DNA of 62,786 nt, counting the filler, from Dugesia japonica (Eukaryota), in the NCBI GenBank assembly GCA_001938525.1. It is 7 parts of 7 records of this genome, joined end to end, with 100 filler letters (N's around TTAATTAATTAA, not from the genome) between each part and the next. Parts side by side here need not be neighbours in the genome. Positions count along the whole stretch, not along the records: positions 8,487 to 16,893 come from MQRL01635175.1; positions 16,994 to 25,846 come from MQRL01570937.1; positions 25,947 to 35,722 come from MQRL01585464.1; 4 more parts are not named here. One strand, given 5' to 3'. Both the position numbers and the translations under genes were made by a program. Of the stretch, positions 14,298-27,104 are shown in pieces. The first letter of the stretch is position 1. The number at the start of each line of letters is the position of its first letter. The notes under the pieces were generated by a model. It made no database searches and was not told the DNA's origin. It saw only the letters and a list, made by a program, of their open reading frames with translations.

Positions 14298-14942
14298 NNN
14301 NNNNNNNNNNNNNNNNNNNNNNNNNNNNNNNNNNNNNNNNNNNNNNNNNNNNNNNNNNNNNNNNNNNNNNNNNNNNNNNNNNNNNNNNNNNNNNNNNNNN
14401 NNNNNNNNNNNNNNNNNNNNNNNNNNNNNNNNNNNNNNNNNNNNNNNNNNNTTAAAAATACGTAACAACTTATGAATTTACATGGGTGCGAACAGACTTT
14501 TGAAACGGACTGTATATATATGTTGGGGTCCCATTTGGCAAAGTGTTAAAAAGATATGACTAGAAGATCAGTCCTCAGTGGAACTCCTCGAAGAATTTAC
14601 CTAATATTCTTAGTTAGGTCTTCGAAATGGAGCCGTTGACACCAAAATCGTAGTTGGAGTACATATCCCATTTCTTTTGGTTGGGATTCAAAATCTGTCT
14701 TTAGCTTACACAAATTAGTGCAATTACTAGAACACATCAAGAAGATTTATTTATAAAAAAAATCGAGAAGGCTAAGTATAGTCCCATTGGACTGCACGTC
14801 ATCCATAAAATCGAACGCCGCCTCATCATCTTGATTGTCCCATGGTTCTAGTGTTTTAAGACTTTAGCGCACAGTCAAGTCTGCAAAATATTGGGTCAAG
14901 AAATTGACCTTATTGAACAACTGATTGAAATTTAATTTTATA

Positions 14943-15096
14943 CGCCCTATTATTATTAATGTTACAGAGAATAATTCTTATCATATTAAATTAATACTAT
15001 TATAATTATCGCTATTAATAATAGCAATAATTATTATGGTATTAATTTAATATGATAAGAATTATTCTCTGTAAAATTAATAATAATAATAGGGCG
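14943..15096. repeat. Near-perfect ~75-bp-arm palindrome (foldback/MITE)
   Basis: cgccctattattatt..acagagaataattcttatcatattaaattaatac..gctatta is mirrored by tagc..gtattaatttaatatgataagaattattctctgt..aatagggcg. Confidence 0.85.
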
Positions 15097-15412
15097 CATG
15101 AAAAAAATTTAATTTTTTGATGCAAATTCATGTGCCTTTAAAAGATCATCTACTTAAATAACTAAAAAACAAAACAATTGTTATATAAAAATTGTTTTCC
15201 TACTTTATTCCCTTTTTATTATTATTATTATTATTATTNNNNNNNNNNNNNNNNNNNNNNNNNNNNNNNNNNNNNNNNNNNNNNNNNNNNNNNNNNNNNN
15301 NNNNNNNNNNNNNNNNNNNNNNNNNNNNNNNNNNNNNNNNNNNNNNNNNNNNNNNNNNNNNNNNNNNNNNNNNNNNNNNNNNNNNNNNNNNNNNNNNNNN
15401 NNNNNNNNNNNN

Positions 15413-15475
<63 letters not shown>

Positions 15476-15719
15476 GTTATTCTATTAATTTATTTACACT
15501 AATACTGTGACACCTGTCTGTACTCTGTACTCTCAGTACATTATAATTATTTATTTTTGTCTGATGTCCCATACGTTGTCTCCGTACTTTAAAGAATTAA
15601 CTAATAATGTCATTATTTAATACTTTGCGTCTTTGTTTTGTTATGCTACTAAACGAAAACAAAAGTTTAAACCCCTCTTCATATATTCCTGGCTACGCCA
15701 ATTATCACATTCATTATAT

Positions 15720-16686
15720 TTATTCTTCATCTTCAATCGCATGTACTCGATTATATCGGTTTCTTTATCTTTCTGAAGTGATAAATTTCTCACTTGTTCT
15801 TTTTGCTTTCAAATTTGTGTAACACTCTTTTGTTCTATGTCCANCATTTCCACATCGTTTACACTTCACTTCTTGACATAACCTTCTAATATGGCCAACC
15901 TTTCCACAACCAAAACATTTAGTTGGTTTTTTATTCGGACAATCTCAACTTATATGTCCTGTTTTATGACAACTCCAGCGCTCAACCACTTTTTTGTAGG
16001 ACAATTTGCTTTAGTATGACCGATCTTATGACATAACTAACATTCGATATTTTGTTTTTCCTTTCTTTGTTCCACATGTCCATTCACTGTATGATTTACA
16101 TGGTTTTGATAATTTAGACTTGAAACTCTCGCGGAACTTCTAACTGCATCAACTCGATCTCTGTTTTTCTCTACTTGATCTACTAACGTCATTATTTCTT
16201 CAATTTCTTCTATATTCTNTCTTCTATATTCTATATTGTTTCCGCAAAGTCACTTTTTCTTCTTTTTGTTATGTAAACAATATACTAGCATCTTTGCTAC
16301 TATTTTTCTTCAGTAAAATCTTTATTTGGAAATAATCTTATTACTAAATCTTTTACATTTTTAAAATAAACTTAAATCTCTTCATTTTCACGCATGTAGT
16401 TAATCTAATTTTGAAAATCTTTGATAACACCTTTCTCTTTCTCAAATTCCATACGTAAACGAGCCTTAAAACCTTCAACATTTTTCAACGTCTTTACATA
16501 TTCTTCCTACAAATCGTCATCTAGTAAACAAGAAATTAGTCTCTCCTGTTGTTTCATCTGGGTGATGTTTTTAGCTTCAAAATAAAATTCGCACAGCTTG
16601 ATAAATTTCTCAATATCATCTCCTCTGCAGAACTCATTTGGCAATAACCTCTCTGTAATAGAATTGGTATTTACCGCTGTCACCAT
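15720..16686 (-). mobile_element. Decayed LTR-retrotransposon gag with four CCHC-type knuckles and no pol
   Basis: MVTAVNTNSITERLLPNEFCRGDDIEKFIKLCEFYF...; knuckles C..CHKIGHTKANC, (C)WSCHKTGHIS*DC, (C)FGCGKVGHIRRLC and CKRCGNVGH. PBS-like TGGTGACAGCGGT at 16685-16673. Confidence 0.8.
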
Positions 16687-17287
16687 GTTTTGTAAATCTT
16701 CAATTGGTAATCACAATTGGTAATTATTAATTATAACTGAAATTAGTAGACATCATTTTTTTTACTACTAATATACATGTTTGATAAAATAATTATAAAT
16801 GATAACAATATTTTCAATATTAATATTCAGTTAACTCGATTTCTTTTATATGAAATTATCAAATAATAATTATTTCCTCATAATTATTATTATNNNNNNN
16901 NNNNNNNNNNNNNNNNNNNNNNNNNNNNNNNNNNNNNTTAATTAATTAANNNNNNNNNNNNNNNNNNNNNNNNNNNNNNNNNNNNNNNNNNNNATTCTAG
17001 TATAAGTTATTAATTTCAATTAGAACTAGCTGCTGCATGTATTGGATCTTTCATCTGTGCTTTGCTTTATGAATTATTTAAAGTAATTTTTAGTTGTAAA
17101 TCGTATAATTTTGAATAGATTTCAATTTAATATTCTTTGGTTAAAAAATATGTATCTATTATCTTGTCAATATTTCAACTAATTTTATTATTTGTATAAA
17201 TTAATTTATTACATTAAATTAATGATTATTTTACGAAACCTATTATTAATATTATTACTATCATTATTATTATTATCGTTATTATTA

Positions 17288-17321
<34 letters not shown>

Positions 17322-18059
17322 NNNNNNNNNNNNNNNNNNNNNNNNNNNNNNNNNNNNNNNNNNNNNNNNNNNNNNNNNNNNNNNNNNNNNNNNNNNNNNN
17401 NNNNNNNNNNNNNNNNNNNNNNNNNNNNNNNNNNNNNNNNNNNNNNNNNNNNNNNNNNNNNNNNNNNNNNNNNNNNNNNNNNNNNNNNNNNNNNNNNNNN
17501 NNATTATTATTATTATTATTATTACTATTAATTATTAATTATAATTACAACCAATCATAATAGAGAATGTTTTAATATTCTATTAAATAAAATATAATTG
17601 TTTTATCTAATTGTTTATCAAATCTATGCCTTGATTTGTTGAATAAAATTAATAATTAATTCTATGCTGTGTTTAACAATCATTAAATTATACAAAATTG
17701 ATTTCTGACTTCAATTATTTCGACCATGATTTGATTTATGTCATTTGTTAATAAACAAAATACGCTATACAAATATAAACAATAAATTATTTGTTTAAAT
17801 TAATATTTTAAAAAATTTATTTCTTTTGAGTTGACGAATAAATCGTGAGTGGTTTTTAAAATATAAAATTGTAAAAAAATTAATCAATGATATGATCTCC
17901 GTTATTATTGTATTATGGATGTGAAATTGAACAAAATAATGAAGTTTAAAAATGAACTTTTATATTTGCAGAGGTAAAAAACGCTCAATAAGCACAATCG
18001 AAAAATAATTTTCAAAATTCAAGTACCTTTGGTTATCCAATTACAGAAACCAAGACAAA

Positions 18060-18485
18060 AATTTGGTGGTACCAAATGCATTTGTGATGGTAGAAATATA
18101 TGCAATAAGAAAAATGTCAATTATCAAATAACATGCACGTTATGTAAAGAAACAAATATAAAGACAGAACAAGAATTATAGAAAACTTCAAACAGAAAGA
18201 AAGTGAAGTCTTCAAACACTTTCAACACAAACATAATATTTCACCAGAACAACATCACATTACATGGAAAATATTAGGAACATTTCCACACTATACATGA
18301 AGAAACATGAAGAAATACTTTTTAAAAAAGATAAACCTAAAATCAATGTAATTTATAGTAATGAAATTAATCATCCCAATTGAAATTCAATTAAATAAAA
18401 TAAATTCCCAAAATTTTTCTTTGTCAATAATAAATCTTAAATAAATCCAAAAGTTATTTCTGAAAAAGGCAAAAATCGAAAATTC
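18060..18485 (+). mobile_element. Penelope-like element 3' remnant (GIY-YIG endonuclease plus tail)
   Basis: KCICDGRNICNKKNVNYQITCTLCKE...SEVFKHFQHKH..HITWKILG. Homologous to 21160-21440. Confidence 0.65.
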
Positions 18486-20794
18486 TAATTACTATAAAAA
18501 CTACTAAAAAAAATATTTTAAAAAACAACATTTTAATCGAAGCTTTTAATATAATGAAATCCCAATATACCATATTTTAAAATTAAAAATAATCGTTTTA
18601 TCGATTGTCACAATACTTTATTAAACACAAAAAAAGATTTTAAAATAAATTCTGATAATATCTTATTTTATTTGATAATCAATAATATTTTTTAAAAAAT
18701 TTTTATTGTTAATTATTTATTTAATAATTTTTTAAATTAAACTTTTGTTTACATACTTAATGTCAGTTTATTTTTTTTTAAATTTCATTTAAATATAAAA
18801 TATTCTGGAAACATTTTTGAAATTAGTAAAATTAAAATTAATTAATTAATTAATTCAAGTTAATTAAATGTTCTGCATGCAACCTATAAAAGTCTAAATA
18901 TTCACATATTCCTATAAACCTACATGAGGGACATATGTAATACTTTTGTAATAAAATAAATACAATCAAACATACAACATTTACATTTTCAACTACAATG
19001 TTGATTATAATTCACATGTCAATTTTCATCTAGAATGTTGATTTTTAAGCCACAATAGATAATGTTGACTTCAGGTTGTTGTAAATGGATTTTAAAATCT
19101 AATTTTGTTATATTCAATTGGGTTTGATATTTTTGAGAGATGTGAGATGTGAATAAAATCCAAGTGGATCAAAAACTGAAATAATTTGAGTCTAATGATA
19201 AACGGATATTACCATTTTTAATATTAATTATAATATTTTTAAAGAGGAAATATACCCTTATGTCAAACTTTTATATACATGTATAAAAACCACTAAAATC
19301 AGTAGAGTGGCTTTATAGTAGTTTTATTGATTTATACAAGAATTACCTATTCAACTTAAATAAGATGTTCGTACTGTACAAGGTGATTAATAAGAAACCA
19401 AAGGATTTATAATGATATTTTTATTTTACAATTTCAATTTTTGAGAGAATAATTATTGGACGTAAGCATTGATTGTTTTTCAGAATTCATTAAAATAAAA
19501 GCTTTGATGAAAATTTTTTTATTGTACTTCTAATTTTCTACTTTGACTTCATCAGGAATTGAATTTTTTGATTTAGTCAACATTTATGTTTATAATGGAA
19601 ATATTTTTTTAAATTAATTTAATTTACTACTTCAATGTAATATATGTCCACTGTGAAATAGTTTCATATATAATCGTTTAAGTTATTATTTCACCAGGTT
19701 TTGTTTTGGATTAAAGTGTCTAAATGATATTTGCTTTCGATTTAATGAGGAGNGGGATTTGTCAGTGACGTAACTAAGGAAGCAAATGGGGCATGAACAT
19801 GCCGGACACCAAATTAATTATTTGATAAAGTTTATTTGATTAAAATTTTCAGCTTTAGAATTTTCAAATTTCAATGATGTGAATAATTTAAAGAAAAAAT
19901 GCATTAACAATTTTTACAATTCTGATGTGGATTATAACGAATTGTATAATTGAAACGATTGACTGCAATATACATCTTAATTCCCGTAAATAATTAAAAC
20001 ATTAATTATAAAATAATAATAATAATAAATAATAATAATAACTATAATAATAACAAAAGAAGGAGAAAGGAAAAGAATGTCATAATATTATTGTTGCTTT
20101 AACTATTTCAATGTAATCATTATTAATGTTATTATTATTATTATTATTATTGAATACAAAAGTTAATTTTTTAGAAAATATGATTTAAAAAATAATTATT
20201 TTTCTAAACTTAAATAAAACACTAACTACTCTTGTACTGTTTTACTGTAATCTGATAAGTCGATAGCTAGATTAAAAATGAAATTTCGTTGAACGTTTAA
20301 GTTATCATTTTTGTGAAAGTTTTATTATTAATTTTATCAAACGAATGTGTATAATGTTGAGAAATAGTCGTTCAATAGTTAGATAACATTGTTACATAAC
20401 ATACTTCAATTTAAGCCTGTTGAATTATCATACTACGTATTCAAGTTTTATTTAAAACATAATTTTATTATTCATACTCATCAAATTAAAAACAGGTGCA
20501 AATATTTTACTATTATTAACTGTATTTTATAAAATAATAATTTATTTTTGAAATAATAATTTATTATCTCTACAAGTCAGTAATGAATGAAGTAATTTAT
20601 CAAGTATTGATTTCAGATTTTANNNNNNNNNNNNNNNNNNNNNNNNNNNNNNNNNNNNNNNNNNNNNNNNNNNNNNNNNNNNNNNNNNNNNNNNNNNNNN
20701 NNNNNNNNNNNNNNNNNNNNNNNNNNNNNNNNNNNNNNNNNNNNNNNNNNNNNNNNNNNNNNNNNNNNNNNNNNNNNNNNNNNNNNNNNNAGAA

Positions 20795-21690
20795 AAGAAA
20801 CTAAAGCTTAGATCTAAAAAANNNNNNNNNNNAAATTATTTTTAAAGTTACAAAAATTTCTAAAAATTTTGATATTTACCCAAATTTTCGATTTTATTTT
20901 CTTTAGGAGTTGTGATTGATTTATTTAATTTAAAAGTAAACAAAGATTTTTCTAAAATTAATTGTTTTTATCCTGAATGATTTTAGAAAAAATAAAAATA
21001 GAAAAAATACTATTACAATGATTAAACTTCCATATATCAATGAAAAATGTAGTCAATTGATTATTATTTAGAAATCGAAGATCACATATTCACCTAGGAT
21101 AATATTAAAAACACAAACAACTTTAAGAATTCAACTCAAAAAACCAAAGAATAACTCACGTGGGCCAAAATGCATATGTAATAACAGGTACATATGTAAT
21201 AAAAAAATGTAACTTATAAAATTACTGGTTCTTGCAATAAATTATACACAGACGAAATCTTCAGAACAATCAGAACCAGAATCAAAGAACATATCAAACA
21301 GAGGGAGAGTAAAGTCTACAAACAATAAAGTCTACATACATGATCATAATATTCTTGCTGACTACAATATATTAAATAGAAAATATTAGATTCCTACTAT
21401 ATGCCATCACTCCATGAAAGAAAACACAAAGAAATTTTAATTAGAATATTTTAATTAGATATTAAAATTATTTTTAATAATATTATCCAATCAAAATCAG
21501 GATAAAAAATTTAATTAAAAAAAAATCTTTATTTACTTTAAAATTGAATAAATCAATCACAACTCCTCAAGGAGATAAAACCAAAAATTTATGAAAAAAA
21601 TACAAAATTCTTTTGAAATTTTTGTAATTTTAATGAAACATTAAAAAAAACATTTTTTTGACCTTAGTTTATTTTCTTAATTTAGAAAAT
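20795..21690 (+). mobile_element. Penelope-like GIY-YIG remnant bracketed by ~200-bp inverted repeats
   Basis: KCICNNRYICNKK...YTDEIFRTIRTRIKEHIK corresponds to YIGET.R....RIKEH. 20795-20980 is the reverse complement of 21490-21690. Confidence 0.7.
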
Positions 21691-22280
21691 ATTTAATTTT
21701 ATCATTCAGGTATCAATTTTTCAAAATTTTAAGAGTGAATAATTACCTAGAAAATAACTTTTACAATAAACGAAAAAAATATTAATGAAAATAATAAAAA
21801 ATAATTAAAAATAATTAAATTCAAAATTTCACAACTCTCCATAAGTTTTTATTTATTATTACAAGTTTTTTGATTAAAGTAACAATGATGAATAATTCAT
21901 AGGATTCAAACATAAAATCTGGGAAATTTAAAAAAAATATTTTAAAAAAATATCGATTTTAATTTTATAAAACAATTTTATTCTACATTTATCTTTAATT
22001 ATTTTTAAACATAATTTCAAAAAATAATCTCTATACTTTTTTTAATTTTGCCTAATATAATATATGGAAGTTATTTACTTAATTTGCATTTAAANNNNNN
22101 NNNNNNNNNNNNNNNNNNNNNNNNNNNNNNNNNNNNNNNNNNNNAATGTTTTATATTTTAAAAATTTGTTTTTACTTTATTTACAATAATTTTTGGATTT
22201 TTCAAAGAGATAAATTTTGATTAAATATATATAAAAATTAAAAAATCTCCCAGATATTTCAAATCTATGAATCATTCTTA

Positions 22281-22710
22281 CAGAAGCGTAGCTAGTGTGT
22301 TTGGGGCCCGGGGACAAGATTTATATTTTGCGCCCCCCACTGAAAAATTAAGAGTCATCCAATGTAACGGCTACTAAAGTAAAGACTAAAGAAGAAACTG
22401 ATGCAGATGAAACATGTGATTAGTCAAGCAAGAAATACTATATTCATATAAGATATATTTTTCTAGTCATAGGTTACGAAATCTGTAGTCTATAGACTAG
22501 TCTTAGCAATATTAAATTCACACAATAAGATTGATAGTGCATAACAAAAAGTTGACTGCAAGAGAGTGACAAACCGTCAATCTTGATAGATATCATATTA
22601 AAACGATAAAAAGAATACACAATACAAATATTTCAAACTCCATTTTGGCGCCCCTCAGATCTGGCGCGTGGGGATACTTGTCTTTCTTGTACCCCCTAGC
22701 TGCGCCTCTG
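22281..22710. mobile_element. hAT-type non-autonomous element (MITE)
   Basis: Exact 8-bp TSD cattctta (22273-22280 and 22711-22718). 15-bp TIRs cagaagcgtagctag / cagaggcgcagctag match at 13/15. Confidence 0.88.
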
Positions 22711-22806
22711 CATTCTTACAGTAATAATAATAATANNNNNNNNNNNNNNNNNNNNNNNNNNNNNNNNNNNNNNNNNNNNNNNNNNNNNNNNNNNNNNNNN
22801 NNNNNN

Positions 22807-22866
<60 letters not shown>

Positions 22867-25299
22867 CAATAATATTCATATTCAATACATATAAGTGATT
22901 TCATATTTCACAATTTCTAGGTTTGCCTGACAGCTGATTTTAATGACAATTTTAATTTTTATTTAATTTATTGTTACTTCTTGTTTTGCTATGTTTAATA
23001 ATGTTGGAAAGAATTCCTTTATTTACTATTAATTATAAATATAGTGTTTTGTCAATTTAATCTTGAACTGAATTTAAATTTATAAATATAAAAAAATATT
23101 TCAGGAAACATTTTTTTACTTTAAAATAAAATAATTTAAAAATACGTTATTATATAATATGTGTGTCGAATAGACAAAGTCGATTTATGTAATGAATTAT
23201 ATGATTAGGGATTACTTTGAAAAAACTTGTTATTGATAACAACGCTATTTAAACTAGATATACACTTTTAACTTAATTACTTCAATTTGCCTAGGTAAAA
23301 CGCTTGAGAAGTTTTATTTAAAAGATAATTTTAAGAGTCAGTATTTATAGTAATTTTTGGTATTTCTGNNNNNNNNNNNNNNNNNNNNNNNNNNNNNNNN
23401 NNNNNNNNNNNNNNNNNNAAAAAAATAATAAAATTTACCACACATTAAAAAGATTGTTAATAAAATATATGAAATTACTACGCTTATTTATTTACAGTGA
23501 AATTGATAACAGAAAAATATTTGAAAATTTTGACAATAAAATTGATAATAATAATGAAGGTGTCTAAAAATATTTAGAACAGAATTAATAGCAGTAAAAT
23601 ATTGATAATTGATGATGAAACTGTTTATAAAATTGATAATAATAGAATCACTGTTTGGATATAAATGTCTAAATAAAATTGCCATTAGATTCGGCATTGG
23701 TACTGCTTTGGAATAATTGAGACACTCATTGATTTCAATTGTTTTGATGATCACATTGAGGTTTGTTGGGTTGTTCTTATTATCCCGTTGATGTTGATTT
23801 GTTGTGATGTTTGTTATGATTATATGTATTGTGTGTATTTCAAAACCCAATAATTTCTTATTCTTTATTTTTATTAAACTACTCATTTTAACTCAGCTCG
23901 TAATAATTCCATATAGTTGATATTGTTTCTGTAATTGTTGTTTTAGTAGCTGGTAAAGTTATTGTTGTTGTCGTTATCGTCATTATTTTTATTAGAATAA
24001 TTTTTTCAAGAATATTTGGAAAATCTTCACTATTCTTGAAGATTACAAAAATAATCATTTAAAATTTTATTCGAAATAGTTATAATTAGTTATTTATTAT
24101 TTTTGAAATAAAAATGTTTTCCATTATATAATATTATATTAAAAACAATTTTTTTTAATTCGTTATTTACAATAAACAAAATATTTTAATTAATATTTTA
24201 AGAAGTGATTTTATTGAATTTTTAAAGCATGGATTTTTTGTAAAAAACCGCCTGCATTTTATTAATCAGAAATTTTGTTTGATGTCAATTTGTATATTTG
24301 AGTGTTATTTACTTTTAGCTATTGTATTGGTTAATTCAGATTCAAATTGAGTGTGGTAATTTTAATTCATATTGTAATCAAAATTGTTTATTTGTAATAT
24401 TTTTAAATTTGTAATTTTTAAACTTTACTTAGTAACTTAATTAATTTGATAAAATTTGTAATATTGGATTATAGTTAATAAAATTCTTACCTTGCTAAAT
24501 GTGTCATATTCATTAAAATGTATTTATCAGATCTTAACTAAGAAACTGCTAACAGATATAATATATAATTTAATTTGTTTTTCAATAGATAACTTTAACA
24601 AGTTTGTATTTAAAATGTTTTGTAATAATAAAAATATTTAAAATTCATAAGGTAATGAAGAGAGTTCCCCCTTATTGGCGACGAAAGTGAGCCACAGTGT
24701 CAATATTAATATTAAGACTAATATGCATTTTATTATTCTTTGGAAACCATTTTCCGATTTCTGTGATTTTTTTAAAATTTATTATTAAGGAATAATATAA
24801 ATCTAAGAAAATATTAATTGCATAGCAACTGTTTTTTATATATATGCTTTAATTTTTCTTTGATAAATTTGAAAATCATTTAATTTAAGATAATACTTGG
24901 CTATAATTAAAATGAATTTTAAAGAAGAATTTTTAAAAACTTTTTTAAAAGAAATTAAAGTTGAACCTAAAATTTAAGGCTTATTTAATTTTTTTGAAAG
25001 AACCAATTAAAATTGTTATTTTTAATAAACATTTCTTCTATTCAAAAACTCCTAAATTCAACCGTTATATAATCTGTTTGTTTATCTGATTCGATTCTTA
25101 AGTCGAGTAAATTAAATAATTTAAATAAGTAATCATTTTTCTAATTTTGTAATGTAAATTAAAATAGTTTAGATGGCTCAGTTAGATGAAATTATATCAA
25201 CAACAAAGTTAAAGAGGATTGACATGAGTAAAAGAGCATATAAGTTGGAGTATAGAAGAATGGAAACAGTTAATATGGTCAGACAAATCATACGTGTTA

Positions 25300-25670
25300 A
25301 GGTTTCAGCATTCAAAACGCGTTTGGAGACTTCAATATGAGTATTATTCCAAATCATGTATGACATGAACAGTCATACAAGATAAAATAATAATGATCTG
25401 AGGATGCTTTGCCTCGAATGGTGTTGGAAGCCTTTACAGGTTAAAAGGAACAATGGATAAAGAACAATATCGTCAAATATAAATTAGATAAATCGTACCT
25501 CCTCAAAAAAATGTTCCCAGATAGTAATTACATTTTCCAGCATGACAACAATCCGAAACACAAAACGAAAATTATTCAAAAATATTTGGAGAGGAAACAT
25601 ATTAAAACTTTGGACTGACCATCTCAAAGTCCAGATTTAAATCCTATTGAAAACGTGTACATTTTTCTGG
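25300..25670 (+). mobile_element. Tc1 (DD34E) transposase remnant
   Basis: RVWRL...IMI*GCFASNGVGSL, FQHDNNPKH and *PSQSPDLNPIENV. Confidence 0.85.
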
Positions 25671-25812
25671 AAAAATCTTTGGTCTTTCCAAAGATTTTCC
25701 ATTTTAAAATTCCAAATTTTTCAAAAACATTTAAACAAAATAGTTAATTAAAACAAATGTTAATTAGAAATAAAACAATTTATCTAAATTAAAATTAAAT
25801 TTATTAAATCCA

Positions 25813-25846
<34 letters not shown>

Positions 25847-25946
25847 NNNNNNNNNNNNNNNNNNNNNNNNNNNNNNNNNNNNNNNNNNNNTTAATTAATT
25901 AANNNNNNNNNNNNNNNNNNNNNNNNNNNNNNNNNNNNNNNNNNNN

Positions 25947-27100
25947 TTTTAATACATTCTCTAATTCTTCATCACAGTTTAGTTCATCCATATTGAAAAA
26001 ATCATTGTTGTCCATAAATGTATCAATTATCATGTCTGTTTGACAAATTTCGTTTTTAATTTTTATTAGGTCAATTGTGTCCCCTCCAACATTAATTCAT
26101 TCCTTTTGGTTTACGTTTTCTTTAACTTTCTGGGAATTATTGTCAATTTTCTTTGACGTTGAAGGTAACATTGTTGTTATATTCTCTTCTTCCACAATCA
26201 TGCATTCTGGACTTTTATCCCATTGTTCCTTTCCCGTTTTTGGTTCCTTTTCTGATACCACTTTTCGTCTTTTTGTATTTGATTCTTCTCTTGTTTGTCG
26301 CAATTTTCTATTATGATATTTCTGTAATTATATTTTGTTGCATTTAAACTGTAGTGGATAAAGATTGATATCGTCTATCCATTCATTTTCAATTTGCAAA
26401 TATATTTCTCTCACTGCTTTTTTTTGTTAGTTTCTTTGTTAGTTTCCGCAATTAATCGTATAGTATATTTTTTTACTAGTAATTCGACCCATTTCTTTGA
26501 AGATATAATAAAATCATTATTAATATATCTCTCTAGATAAGTAATTTTCATAGGATATGGAACTTCCCGTTCCAAATTTTTATATTTAACAAATCTTTTA
26601 TTTTGAGTTAGTGTATCAATTATTATTACATTTAATCCATGAAATTCAATTTTAACTTTAATATATTTAAGAGGATTCCAAAAGATATGAATNNNNNNNN
26701 NNNNNNNNNNNNNNNNNNNNNNNNNNNNNNNNNNNNNNNNNNNNNNNNNNNNNNNNNNNNNNNNNNNNNNNNNNNNNNNNNNNNNNNNNNNNNNNNNNNN
26801 NNNNNNNNNNNNATTATTTGGCTTCAAATGTCGAATAACGACTTTATTTCTTTTATTATTCAGTTCCACAACTTTATTGCCTGTATTATTTAAATTTCTA
26901 AACAAGCACATTTCATTGGAATAACCCTTAAAATACCATAGGATTGTGCTATGCATAGTATAAATTGAAATTTTCTCCATAAAATTTGCCTTAATTGTAA
27001 TATTACTTATATCAACATTTTGAATACAAGTTCCTGATATACATCCACTCATAAATAATACAAATAGTAACAAATATTTAATTGCCGGGTCAGTGTTCAT
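25947..27100 (-). pseudogene. Post-integrase extension: signal peptide plus two FN3-like repeats and a charged tail
   Basis: In frame with integrase: MNTDPAIKYLLLFVLFMSGCISG, then STILWY...VVIRHLKPNN and IHIFWNP...YKNLEREVPYPMKITY (FN3 W...L.P..Y pattern). Continues through a frameshift and stops to the contig end. Confidence 0.5.
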
Positions 27101-27104
27101 TATA

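Noticed and set aside
14232-17560. ORFs with poly-Y, poly-L and X runs (also 22645-22885)
   Set aside because: (TAT)n microsatellites and N gaps; not proteins.
23488-23886. 132-aa I/N-rich ORF
   Set aside because: Non-ATG start, low complexity, no recognisable family.
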